Below the pieces are notes generated by a model. The model saw only the letters and a program-made list of their open reading frames with translations. It was not told the DNA's origin and searched no databases. This document shows positions 47,440 to 56,433 of a DNA stretch of 64,000 nucleotides, in pieces. The stretch comes from Mycobacteriales bacterium (GTDB lineage Bacteria > Actinomycetota > Actinomycetes > Mycobacteriales > SCTD01), in NCBI GenBank assembly GCA_040902655.1, contig JBBDWV010000049.1, positions 20,926 to 84,925 on the forward strand. Direction: 5' to 3'. Position numbers and translations under genes: made by a program. Positions within the stretch are counted from its first letter, which is position 1, and every line of letters starts with the position of its first letter.

Positions 47440-48804
47440 GTGGTCGCTGGGCGGCGGCGCAGGCCGGGCAAGCTGGGGCAGGAGCCGGTCCACCTTCCCG
47501 AGCCGGACGAGCGTGAGGCCTATCGCGTTCTCGACTTCGCCCTGCGGGCCGGAGAGATCCTGCTGTCCGGCGGTGCCGGCGCCTCGGACGTCACCGCGAC
47601 CACGATGGGCCTCGCGCACGCCTGCGGGCTGCGTCACGTGGTCTGCGAGGTCACCTTCACCTCGATCACCCTCAGCTATGTCCGCGCGCCCGACGTGGCG
47701 CCCGTGACGAGCGTGCGGCTGGTCCAGGCGCGCACCACCGACTACACCCGGGTGACGGAGATCCACAACCTGGTGGGTGACCTGGTCGACGGGTTGACCC
47801 GGCCGGAGGAGGCGATGGCGCGGCTGGACGAGATCCGCGCCCGGCGGCACCCCTACCGACGCTGGGTAGTCACGGCGTTCCGCGCACTGCTGGCCACCGC
47901 CATCGCCGTGCTGCTCGGCGGCGGACTGCTGGTCGCCCTCATCGCCTTCGCCACCACCGCGGCGGTGGACCGGCTCACCTTCATGCTGACCCGGCGACTG
48001 GTGCCGGACTTCTACGCCAACGCCGCCGGTGCGGCGTTGGTGACCGGGGTCGCCGTCGTCCTCACCGCCGCCGACGTGAACGTGCGCCCGTCCCTCGTGG
48101 TCGCCGGCGGGCTGGTGCTCCTGCTCCCCGGCGTGACGCTCGTGGGGTCGGTGCAGGACGCGATCACCGGCTTCCTGCTGACGGCCAGTGCCCGGGCCTT
48201 CGAGGTCTTCGTGCTCACCGCCGGCATCGTGAGCGGCGTCGCCGGTGTGTTGTCCCTGGCCGACAGCTTCGGCGTCCGGCTGGCCATCAACCAGCCGCCG
48301 GTGACCGGGCTCGGTCAGGTGCCCGTGCAGTTCCTCGCGGCGGGCGTCGCGGCCGCTGCTGCAGCCGGAGCCTCCTACGCTCCGCGCCGCACGCTCCCGA
48401 CGGCCGGCCTGGCCGGGGCCATGGGCTGGGCGGTGTTCCGGCTGCTCGACGAGTACGGGCTCGACGTGGCCCTGTCCACCGCCCTGGCCGCGGTCTTCGT
48501 CGGCTTCGGGTCCTTCGCGTTCGCCGACCGACAGCACGCGCCGCCGCTGATCTATGTCGCGGCGGGGATCATCCCGCTGGTCCCCGGCCTCACGATCTAC
48601 CGCGGCATGCTCTATCTCGCCGACGGAAACAGCAGCGCCGGCATCCTGCTGCTGAGCCAGGCGGTCACGATCGGGCTGGCACTGGCGGCCGGGGCCATCC
48701 TCGGCGAGTTCCTCGCCCAGCCGGCGCGACGCGAGGTGGAGCGGTTCGAGCGGCGGATCGTCGGACCCCGCATGGCCGGACCGCTGCGCTGGCGCCGTAA
48801 GTAG
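47440..48804 (+). CDS. threonine/serine exporter family protein (fused ThrE/YjjP-YjjB-like)
   Basis: REAYRVLDFALRAGEILLSGGAGASDVTATT is the typical DUF1212 N-terminus. It is followed by about 9 TM helices, including a DUF3815-like C-terminal half. Confidence 0.75.
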   Translation: MVAGRRRRPGKLGQEPVHLPEPDEREAYRVLDFALRAGEILLSGGAGASDVTATTMGLAHACGLRHVVCEVTFTSITLSYVRAPDVAPVTSVRLVQARTTDYTRVTEIHNLVGDLVDGLTRPEEAMARLDEIRARRHPYRRWVVTAFRALLATAIAVLLGGGLLVALIAFATTAAVDRLTFMLTRRLVPDFYANAAGAALVTGVAVVLTAADVNVRPSLVVAGGLVLLLPGVTLVGSVQDAITGFLLTASARAFEVFVLTAGIVSGVAGVLSLADSFGVRLAINQPPVTGLGQVPVQFLAAGVAAAAAAGASYAPRRTLPTAGLAGAMGWAVFRLLDEYGLDVALSTALAAVFVGFGSFAFADRQHAPPLIYVAAGIIPLVPGLTIYRGMLYLADGNSSAGILLLSQAVTIGLALAAGAILGEFLAQPARREVERFERRIVGPRMAGPLRWRRK

Positions 48805-48819
48805 CACTGGCTCTGGAGT

Positions 48820-49641
48820 TCACGACGAGTCGAGCACCGCCCGCAGGAACGACTGCGTGCGCTCGTTCTCCGGCTCGGTGAAGATCTTGTCCGGCGGCCC
48901 CTCCTCGATGATCTGGCCGCTGTCGAACATCAGCACCCGATTCGAGACGTCGCGCGCGAAGCCCATCTCGTGGGTGACGATGAGCATGGTGATGTTCGTG
49001 GTCTGGGCCACGTCGCGCAGCACGTTGAGCACGTCCGCGACCAGCTCCGGGTCCAGCGCCGAGGTCACCTCGTCGAGCAGCAGGATGTCGGGGTCCATCG
49101 CCAGCGCCCGGGCGATCGCCACCCGCTGCTGCTGCCCACCGGACAACTGGGTCGGGTGGGCGTCGGCCTTGTCCGCCAGGCCGACCATCTCCAGCAGCTC
49201 CCGCGCCCGCTGCTCGGCCTTGTCCCGGTCGACGTCCAGCACGTGCACCGGAGCCTCGGTGATGTTGCGCAGCACCGACAGGTTCGGGAAGAGGTTGAAC
49301 TGCTGGAAGACCATCCCGATCTTCTTCCGCACCTGGCGCAGGTGCTTCTCGTTCGCCGGGACGAGCTTGCCCTTGCGCTGCATGTGCCACAGCGGCTTTC
49401 CCTCGACCCAGATGACACCGCCGTCGAGCTTCTCGAGGGTCATCAGCAGGCGCAGGATGGTCGTCTTCCCGGAGCCGCTGGGACCGATGAGGGTGACCCG
49501 TTCACCGGGCGCGACGCTGAAGTCGAGGTCCCGGAGCACGACGAGGTCGCCGAAGCGCTTGACGACCTTGTCGAAGCGGATGATCGGCTCGCCGGCCGGC
49601 GTGGGACCGGCGACCTGATCGGGGGCGGTGTCACTGGCCAA
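48820..49641 (-). CDS. polar amino acid ABC transporter ATPase (ectoine/hydroxyectoine EhuA-like)
   Basis: GPSGSGKTT, LSGGQQQRVAIARAL, ILLLDEVTSALD. Confidence 0.9.
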   Translation of the reverse strand: MASDTAPDQVAGPTPAGEPIIRFDKVVKRFGDLVVLRDLDFSVAPGERVTLIGPSGSGKTTILRLLMTLEKLDGGVIWVEGKPLWHMQRKGKLVPANEKHLRQVRKKIGMVFQQFNLFPNLSVLRNITEAPVHVLDVDRDKAEQRARELLEMVGLADKADAHPTQLSGGQQQRVAIARALAMDPDILLLDEVTSALDPELVADVLNVLRDVAQTTNITMLIVTHEMGFARDVSNRVLMFDSGQIIEEGPPDKIFTEPENERTQSFLRAVLDSS

Positions 49642-50284
49642 GGCGGTTCTCCATCTTGCGCAGGGCGAGGGCGGTCGGATAACTCGCGAGCAGGAAGATC
49701 AGCCCGGCGATCGTGAACGGCTCGATGTAGCGGAAGTTCCGCGAGCCGAGTGAGGACGCCGTCTGGACCAGCTCCGGCACCGTGATCAGGGCGAGGAACG
49801 GCGTCTCCTTGAACATCGACACGGCGTAGTTGCCCAGGGCCGGCAGCACGCGGCGCAGTGCCTGTGGCAGCACGATGTTCTGCCAGGTGTAACGCGCCGG
49901 GATCGACAGCGCGGTCGTGGCCTCCCACTGCCCCTTGGGCACCCCGTCGATGCCGGCGCGATAGACCTCGGCGTAGTAGCAGGCGTAGTGCACCCCGAGG
50001 GCGAGCACACCGGTCACGAGCGGTGACATCGTGATACCGAAGCCGGGCAGCACGTAGAACAGGAAGAACAGCTGCACCAGCAGCGGGGTGCTCCGGACGA
50101 ACTCGATGAAGCCGGTGGTGAGCGGCGCGAGCACGGGGACGCGCACGTAACGGACGATCGCGAAGACCAGCCCGAGAACGGCGGCGAGCACCGATCCGAG
50201 CAGGGTCGCCACCAGTGAGTAGCGTACGAAGTGCTCGAGCAGCACCGGCAGGATGTCGGCGGCGTACTCCCAGTTCCAGATCAC
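49631..50284 (-). CDS. amino acid ABC transporter permease (HisM/EhuD-like)
   Basis: 217 aa with about 5 TM helices. Conserved loop region YAEVYRAGIDGVPKGQWEATTALSIP. Confidence 0.85.
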   Translation of the reverse strand: MIWNWEYAADILPVLLEHFVRYSLVATLLGSVLAAVLGLVFAIVRYVRVPVLAPLTTGFIEFVRSTPLLVQLFFLFYVLPGFGITMSPLVTGVLALGVHYACYYAEVYRAGIDGVPKGQWEATTALSIPARYTWQNIVLPQALRRVLPALGNYAVSMFKETPFLALITVPELVQTASSLGSRNFRYIEPFTIAGLIFLLASYPTALALRKMENRLGQ

Positions 50285-51000
50285 CGGACCTCACCCTGCA
50301 CTCCGGCCGTCCAGGACAGCAGGCCGCGACGCGGTGGCGCCGGCTGCCCGATCCGGGCCTTGGCCCGGCGCTCCAGCGCACTCATCAGCAGCGTCGTCAG
50401 GTATGCCAGCACGAAGTAGATGCCCAGCGCCAGGGTGAAGATGAAGAACGTGTTGCCCTCGGAGTCGCGGTAGGACTTGGTGACCGCCATCACGTCGACC
50501 AGCGTGATCGTGAAGACCAGGGGGGTGCTCTTGAGCAGCTGGATCAGCAGGTTCCCGAACGGCGGGATCATCCCGACGACGGCCTGCGGGAGGATCACCA
50601 GCCGCATCCGCTGGTACGGCGTCATGTTCAGAGCGATCGTCGCCTCCCGCTGCGGCTTCGGCACGGCGTTCACCGCTCCACGTACGACCTCGGAGCCGTA
50701 CGCACCGAAATTCATCGCGAAGGCGAGCACCGCGATCGCGAAGGCGTCCAGCCGGTAGCCGAGCTGGGGCAGCACGAAGTACAGCCAGTACAGCTGTACG
50801 AACAGCGACGTCCCGCGGAAGAACTCCACCACGATGCGGGACAGCGTCCGGGGCAGCCGCCCGGGCGCCCCGGCCATCAGCCCGAGGACGAAGGCGACGA
50901 CCAGGGCACACGCGGCACTGACAGCGGTGACGAGGACCGTGAGCCAGATGCCCTGGAGCAGCGCCTCGACCCAGGGGCCGAAGTCGGCGAGTGCGTCCAC
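50281..51000 (-). CDS. amino acid ABC transporter permease (HisQ/EhuC-like)
   Basis: 239 aa. Loop GSEVVRGAVNAVPKPQREATIALNMTPYQRM. GTGA overlap with the next permease. Confidence 0.85.
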   Translation of the reverse strand: MDALADFGPWVEALLQGIWLTVLVTAVSAACALVVAFVLGLMAGAPGRLPRTLSRIVVEFFRGTSLFVQLYWLYFVLPQLGYRLDAFAIAVLAFAMNFGAYGSEVVRGAVNAVPKPQREATIALNMTPYQRMRLVILPQAVVGMIPPFGNLLIQLLKSTPLVFTITLVDVMAVTKSYRDSEGNTFFIFTLALGIYFVLAYLTTLLMSALERRAKARIGQPAPPRRGLLSWTAGVQGEVR

Positions 51001-51010
51001 GACCCCCAGC

Positions 51011-51907
51011 TCAGCTCTGGCAGAGCTGCTCGGTCGTCAGGTCGTCGGGCGGGATGGTCTCCGGGCCGAAGCCGTACGGCTCGATCAGCTCGAGCAGCCG
51101 GCCGCTCTCCCGCAGCTTGTTCAGCTCGGCGTTGAAGGCCTCGCGCAGCTCGTCGTCGCCCTTGCGGAAGACCGCGCCGCCGGCGCCGATCTGCTCCTCG
51201 CCGTCGATCACCGGAACGAACGCCTCGGTGATCTCCACGCCGCTGTCCGGGCTGTCCTGGAGCAGGCGGTTCAGCGAGATGCTGGTGATCGCCAGCGCGT
51301 CGATCCGGCCCGCCTTGAGGGCAGCCAGACCGTCCCGCTGGCTGGAGACCTCCACGATCCGGTTCTGCGGAGTACCGGTCTTCTGCGCGTAGATCCCCTC
51401 GACCGCGCCGGGCAGGACACCCACCTTGCTGTCACTGCTCGCCACCGACTCGAAGTCGGAGATCTTCTTCGGGTTGCCCGCCGGGACGAGGAAGGCGTTG
51501 GGGGCGATGTAGACCGGCTCGGAGAAGTCGGCCTCGGCGCAGCGCTCGGGCAGGATGAACATGCCTGCGGCCACGACATCGAAGCGTCCGGCCTTCAGCC
51601 CCGGGATGAGCTGCCCGAAGTCCACCTGGGTGCCGTTGAGCTCGTTGATGCCGAGTTCTTCATAGATCGCCTTGTGCACCGCGGGCGCCTGCCCGAGCAG
51701 CTCGTTGCCCTCCTTGTAGGCGTAGGGCTTCTCGCCGGCGAAGCCGACGTTGATCGAGCCGCGTTCCTTGACGGTGTCGAGCAGCGAGCCCTCCCCGCTG
51801 CTGTCGACACTGCTGCACCCGGCGACCAGGCTCAGTGCGGCGGCCACCCCCAGCGCCACCGCCGGCCTACACCGGAGAACGTTCGATCGGGTCCTGTGCG
51901 TCGCCAC
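51011..51907 (-). CDS. lipoprotein amino-acid-type substrate-binding protein (EhuB-like)
   Basis: GTG 51907 has GAAGGA upstream. Lipobox LVAGCS. FGQLIPGLKAGRFDVVAAGMFILPERC resembles the EhuB block as I recall it. Confidence 0.75.
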   Translation of the reverse strand: MATHRTRSNVLRCRPAVALGVAAALSLVAGCSSVDSSGEGSLLDTVKERGSINVGFAGEKPYAYKEGNELLGQAPAVHKAIYEELGINELNGTQVDFGQLIPGLKAGRFDVVAAGMFILPERCAEADFSEPVYIAPNAFLVPAGNPKKISDFESVASSDSKVGVLPGAVEGIYAQKTGTPQNRIVEVSSQRDGLAALKAGRIDALAITSISLNRLLQDSPDSGVEITEAFVPVIDGEEQIGAGGAVFRKGDDELREAFNAELNKLRESGRLLELIEPYGFGPETIPPDDLTTEQLCQS

Positions 51908-52028
51908 GGTGAGGTCCTTCCGTCGTGGACACCAGCCGGTGCCGCGTCGAGACTGTCGTCCGGGTTCGAGGGGGCACGGTACCAAGAATGCGCATCCTGC
52001 CCGGCGGTGACATCACCTGTCGGATGTG

Positions 52029-53006
52029 CTAGGCGGCGCCGTCGAACAGGCTCGTCACCGACCCGTCCTCGAAGACCTCCCGGATGGCCCGGGCGATCAG
52101 CGGCGCGATCGACAGCACCGTCAGCGCGTCGAAGCGCTGGTCATCCGCGATCGGCAGCGTGTTCGTGACGACGACCGAGCCGATGCGGCTGTTCTTCAGG
52201 CGGTCCATCGCGGGACCGGACAACACCCCGTGGGTGGCGGCGACCATGACCTCGGCGGCGCCGTTCTCGAACAGCAACTCGGCGGCTTTGGTGATGGTCC
52301 CGCCGGTGTCGATCATGTCGTCGACCAGGATGCAGGTCTTGCCGCGGACCTGGCCGACGACCTCGCCGACCTTGGCCTCGTTGGGGACGTTGGGATCGCG
52401 CCGCTTGTGGATGATCGCCAGGCCGCACCCCAGCCGGTCGGTCCAGCGTTCGGCGACGCGGACCCGGCCGGCATCCGGCGAGACCACCACGAGGTCGCGG
52501 TCGCCCCACTGCTGCTCGACGTGGTCGGCCAGCAGCGGCAGCGCGAACAGGTGGTCCACCGGCCCGTTGAAGAAACCCTGGATCTGCGCAGTGTGCAGGT
52601 CCACGGTCATCAGCCGGTTCGCGCCGGCTGTCTTGAACATGTCGGCGACCAGGCGGGCGCTGATCGGCTCGCGACCGCGATGCTTCTTGTCCTGGCGGGC
52701 GTAGGGGTAGAAAGGCATCACCACGGTGATCCGCTTCGCCGACGCCCGCTTGAGCGCGTCGACCATGAGCAGCGTCTCCATGATCCAGGTGTTGACCGGT
52801 GTCGTGACGCTCTGCACCACGAAGGCGTCCGATCCGCGCACCGACTCCTCGAAACGCACGAAGATCTCGCCGTTGGCGAACTCGTACGCGCTGGTCGGCG
52901 TCGGCGCTGCCCCGAGCCCACGGCCGACCTCCTCGGCCAGCTGGGGGAAGGCGCGCCCGGAGAACAACATGAGGTTCTTGCTGCTCGAGATCGTGATGCC
53001 GCTCAT
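52029..53006 (-). CDS. prs: ribose-phosphate diphosphokinase
   Basis: ORF trimmed to ATG 53006 ([17 protein letters not shown]), with an ATGA overlap onto glmU. YARQDKK and [11 protein letters not shown] blocks, and PRPP loop [11 protein letters not shown]. Confidence 0.95.
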   Translation of the reverse strand: MSGITISSSKNLMLFSGRAFPQLAEEVGRGLGAAPTPTSAYEFANGEIFVRFEESVRGSDAFVVQSVTTPVNTWIMETLLMVDALKRASAKRITVVMPFYPYARQDKKHRGREPISARLVADMFKTAGANRLMTVDLHTAQIQGFFNGPVDHLFALPLLADHVEQQWGDRDLVVVSPDAGRVRVAERWTDRLGCGLAIIHKRRDPNVPNEAKVGEVVGQVRGKTCILVDDMIDTGGTITKAAELLFENGAAEVMVAATHGVLSGPAMDRLKNSRIGSVVVTNTLPIADDQRFDALTVLSIAPLIARAIREVFEDGSVTSLFDGAA

Positions 53007-54427
53007 GACTGCTGCTTCCCCTGGTCGGTGCCGCTGCCGGTACGGCCGCGCCGGCGCGCGACCCACCCGTCGATGTTGCGCTGCCTGGCCCGGCCGACGC
53101 CCAGCGCCCCCTCGGGCACGTCCTCGGTGATGACGGACCCGGCGGCGGTGTAGGCGCCGTCGCCGATGGTGACGGGTGCGACCAGCATCGTGTCGCTGCC
53201 GACCCGCACGTCGTCGCCGACGACGGTCGGGTGCTTGGCCTGACCGTCGTAGTTCACGAAGACGGTCGCCGCACCGATGTTGCTGCGGTCGCCGATCGTC
53301 GCGTCACCGACGTAGGACAGATGCGGCACCTTGCTGCCGTCGCCGATCCGGCTGTTCTTGACCTCGACGAATCCGCCGGCCTTGGCGCCCCGGCCGAGCG
53401 TGCTGCCGGGCCGCAGGTAGGTGTACGGACCGACCGTCGCCTCGGGCCCGAGGACCGCTGCCTCGCACTGGGCGCGGACGACGCTTGCGCCCTCACCCAC
53501 CATCGTGTCGGTGAGGGTGCTGTCGGGGCCGATCCGGGCACCGGCGGCGATGGTCGTACGACCGTGCAGCTGGGTGCCGGGGTGGACGGTGACGTCCGGC
53601 GCGATCTCGACGTCGACGTCGATCCAGGTCGTGAGCGGGTCGATCACCGTGACGCCCGCGCGCTGGTGCCGCGCGACGACCCGGTCGCGCAGCAGCCGGC
53701 GGGCCTCGGACAGCTGGACCCGGTCGTTGACGCCCATCGTCTCGCCGGGGTCCGCCGCGACGTGCGCGGCAACGGGAAGGCCGGCCGCCCGGTGGAGGGC
53801 GACGACGTCGGTGAGGTACTCCTCACCCTGGGCGTTCCCGGTCGTCAGCTGCTGCAGGCTCCGGCTCAAGGCGGCGGCGTCGAAGGCGTAGACACTCGTG
53901 GCGACCTCGCCGATCGCCCGGATCGCCTCGTCGGCGTCCTTGTGCTCCACCACGGCCGTGACCGAGCCTCCGCTGCGCACGACCCGGCCGTAGCCGGTCG
54001 GGTCGTCGACCTGTGCCGTGAGCAGGGTGGTCGCCGCACCCGCGACGTCGTGTTCGGTGACCAGTGCGGCGAGTGTCTGCGGGGTCAGCAGCGGCGCGTC
54101 GCCCGGGACGACGAGCACGGTGCCGGTGAGCTCGGGCAGAGCGGCGAGGGCGACGCGGACGGCATGGCCGGTGCCGTTCTGCTGCTCCTGCACGACAGGT
54201 CGGGCGCTGCTGTCGATCTGGCGCAGGTGGGCCGTCACCTGCTCGCGGCCGTGGCCGACGACCACGACGAGGTGCTCGGGCTGCAGGGCCCGCGCGGTGG
54301 CGACGACGTGGCCGAGCATGGTGCGGCCGCAGAGCGGGTGCAGCACCTTCGGCGTCGTCGCACTTCTCATCCGGGTGCCCTCGCCTGCGGCGAGGACGAC
54401 GACGGCGGCAAGGCGCGCGTCGGTCAC
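53003..54427 (-). CDS. glmU: bifunctional UDP-N-acetylglucosamine pyrophosphorylase / GlcN-1-P acetyltransferase
   Basis: [22 protein letters not shown], and a C-terminal left-handed beta-helix hexapeptide region. Confidence 0.95.
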   Translation of the reverse strand: MTDARLAAVVVLAAGEGTRMRSATTPKVLHPLCGRTMLGHVVATARALQPEHLVVVVGHGREQVTAHLRQIDSSARPVVQEQQNGTGHAVRVALAALPELTGTVLVVPGDAPLLTPQTLAALVTEHDVAGAATTLLTAQVDDPTGYGRVVRSGGSVTAVVEHKDADEAIRAIGEVATSVYAFDAAALSRSLQQLTTGNAQGEEYLTDVVALHRAAGLPVAAHVAADPGETMGVNDRVQLSEARRLLRDRVVARHQRAGVTVIDPLTTWIDVDVEIAPDVTVHPGTQLHGRTTIAAGARIGPDSTLTDTMVGEGASVVRAQCEAAVLGPEATVGPYTYLRPGSTLGRGAKAGGFVEVKNSRIGDGSKVPHLSYVGDATIGDRSNIGAATVFVNYDGQAKHPTVVGDDVRVGSDTMLVAPVTIGDGAYTAAGSVITEDVPEGALGVGRARQRNIDGWVARRRGRTGSGTDQGKQQS

Positions 54428-54538
54428 GAAGGCTCCTCGCGGGCTGGGGTGGACACCGGAGAACCCGGCGACCGGAGTCTACCGACGCAGCTGCCGGCAG
54501 CCGGCGCAGCCGACGGCGTCCGGCCCGACGGGCGAGCG

Positions 54539-54609
54539 CTCCCGGGGGAGGAATCGAACCTCCGTTCAGGGATTCAAAGTCCCTTGTCCTGCCCCTAGAC
54601 GACCCGGGA
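54539..54609 (-). tRNA. tRNA-Gln (anticodon UUG)
   Basis: Hand fold: TCCCGGG-TC-GTCT-AGGGGCA-GGAC-A-AGGGA-CTTTGAA-TCCCT-GAAC-GGAGG-TTCGATT-CCTCC-CCCGGGA-G. 71 nt with all stems paired (one G-U). Confidence 0.9.
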
Positions 54610-54671
54610 AGGATCATGCTGGCTGCGCGGCGGCAGCCCGCCCATGATGCCCTGTCCCGCGACTGGCCAGG

Positions 54672-54701
54672 TTACGGAGGCGTAGCTTACGGTGGCGTAG
54701 C
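54672..54701. repeat. 15-bp tandem direct repeat TTACGG(A/T)GGCGTAGC x2 upstream of the desaturase
   Basis: Read directly. 14/15 identity. It ends 27 nt before the TTG start at 54729. Confidence 0.85.
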
Positions 54702-54728
54702 CAGCCTTCCTGCCCCTGAGGACCCCCG

Positions 54729-55739
54729 TTGCCTGCTTCCCGGACCGCCTTTGCGCCAGTGGACGCCCCCGTCACGACGATCGAGTACGACGCCGATGAG
54801 GCCCGGCCGCTGCAGGACCTGCCCCGCACCCGGCTGTGGGCCCGCCTCGAGCAGGTCGCGCTCGGCGCCTTCATCGTCGTGCCGCTGCTCGCGGTCGTCG
54901 CCAGCGGCTTCGTCGTGTGGGGCAGCGGCCTGTCCTGGCGCGACGTCGTGCTGAGCACCGTCTTCTACGCCCTCACCGGCCACGGCATCACCGTCGGCTT
55001 CCACCGCTACTTCACGCACGGCTCGTTCAAGGCCCCGCGCCCGGTGCGGATCGGACTGGCCGTCGCCGGCTCGATGGCGATCGAGGGCCCGGTCACCCGG
55101 TGGGTCGCCGACCACCGCCGGCACCACGCCTTCTCGGACCGTGAGGGCGACCCGCACAGCCCCTGGCGCTACGGCACCAGCTTCCGGGCCCTGTGCAAGG
55201 GCCTGTGGCACGCCCACGTCGGCTGGCTGTTCGACGTCGAGCAGACCGACCAGCAGCGCTTCGCCCCGGACCTGCTCGCCGACCGCGCCGTCCACCGGGT
55301 CAACCGGCTCTTCCCGGTCTGGGTCCTGCTCTCGCTCGGCCTGCCGGCCGTGCTCGGCGGCGCGTGGGCGGCCGCGGCGGGTGACGGCTTCTGGTACGGC
55401 GCCGCCACCGCCTTCTTCTGGGCCAGCCTGGTCCGCGTCGCGGTGCTGCACCACGTGACCTGGTCCATCAACTCGATCTGCCACGCCTTCGGGGAGCGGC
55501 CGTTCACCACCCGCGACCAGTCCCGCAACGTCTGGCCGCTCGCACTCATCTCGATGGGCGAATCCTGGCACAACCTGCACCACGCCGATCCGACCGCCGC
55601 ACGGCACGGCGTCGACCGCTGGCAGGTCGACACCAGCGCCGAGCTGATCCGCGGCCTGGAGAAGCTGGGGTGGGCCTGCGACGTCCGCTGGCCGAAGCCG
55701 GAGCGCCTGGATGCGCGGCGCGCCACCACGAGCAGCTGA
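54729..55739 (+). CDS. membrane acyl-CoA/acyl-lipid (delta-9-type) fatty acid desaturase
   Basis: Three His boxes: HRYFTH, HRRHHAFSD and HNLHHADP. N-terminal TM helices. Confidence 0.9.
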   Translation: MPASRTAFAPVDAPVTTIEYDADEARPLQDLPRTRLWARLEQVALGAFIVVPLLAVVASGFVVWGSGLSWRDVVLSTVFYALTGHGITVGFHRYFTHGSFKAPRPVRIGLAVAGSMAIEGPVTRWVADHRRHHAFSDREGDPHSPWRYGTSFRALCKGLWHAHVGWLFDVEQTDQQRFAPDLLADRAVHRVNRLFPVWVLLSLGLPAVLGGAWAAAAGDGFWYGAATAFFWASLVRVAVLHHVTWSINSICHAFGERPFTTRDQSRNVWPLALISMGESWHNLHHADPTAARHGVDRWQVDTSAELIRGLEKLGWACDVRWPKPERLDARRATTSS

Positions 55740-55801
55740 CCGGCGCCCGGGCGCGTCAGACTGCGGGGGTGAGCAACCCCGCGCCGGTCCGCCGGATCCG
55801 C

Positions 55802-56413
55802 ATGACCGGCACCCAGCGGCGCGAGCAGCTGCTCGACGTCGGCCGTGCACTGTTCGCCGAGCGCGGCTTCGACGGCACCAGCGTGGAGGAGGTCGCGCTG
55901 CGCGCCGGGGTCTCCAAACCCGTCGTGTACCAGCACTTCGGCGGCAAGGAGGGGCTGTACGCCGTTGTCGTGGACCGCGAGGTGCAGCGCCTGCTGACCA
56001 GCTTCACCACGGCACTGACGGCCGACTCGCCACGCCGGCTGCTGGAGCAGGCGACCCTCGCGCTGCTCAGCTACGTGGAGGACCAGCCCGACGGGTTTCG
56101 CATCCTGGTGCGGGAGTCCCCTGCACCGCTGGCCGACAGCGGCGGCTTCGCCACGATCATCAGCGACATCGCGGCGCGGGTCGAGCACATCCTGGCGGCG
56201 GAGTTCGCCGCCCGCGGCTTCCAGACCACGCTGGCCGGCCTCTACTCCCAGGCGCTGGTCGGCCAGGTCGCACTGGTCGGCCAGTGGTGGCTGGACAACC
56301 GCTCCCCGGGACGCGACGAGGTGGCCGCCCACCTGGTGAACCTCGCCTGGAACGGCCTGTCCGGGCTGGAGGCCACGCCGGTGCTGAGCACCGGACGGGC
56401 TGCACCTTCGTAG
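55802..56413 (+). CDS. TetR/AcrR-family transcriptional regulator
   Basis: RREQLLDVGRALFAERGFDGTSVEEVALRAGVSKPVVYQHFGGKEGLY is the canonical TetR HTH. An alternative GTG start lies at 55769. Confidence 0.9.
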   Translation: MTGTQRREQLLDVGRALFAERGFDGTSVEEVALRAGVSKPVVYQHFGGKEGLYAVVVDREVQRLLTSFTTALTADSPRRLLEQATLALLSYVEDQPDGFRILVRESPAPLADSGGFATIISDIAARVEHILAAEFAARGFQTTLAGLYSQALVGQVALVGQWWLDNRSPGRDEVAAHLVNLAWNGLSGLEATPVLSTGRAAPS

Positions 56414-56433
56414 GAAGGCGGCGTAGCACGGCC

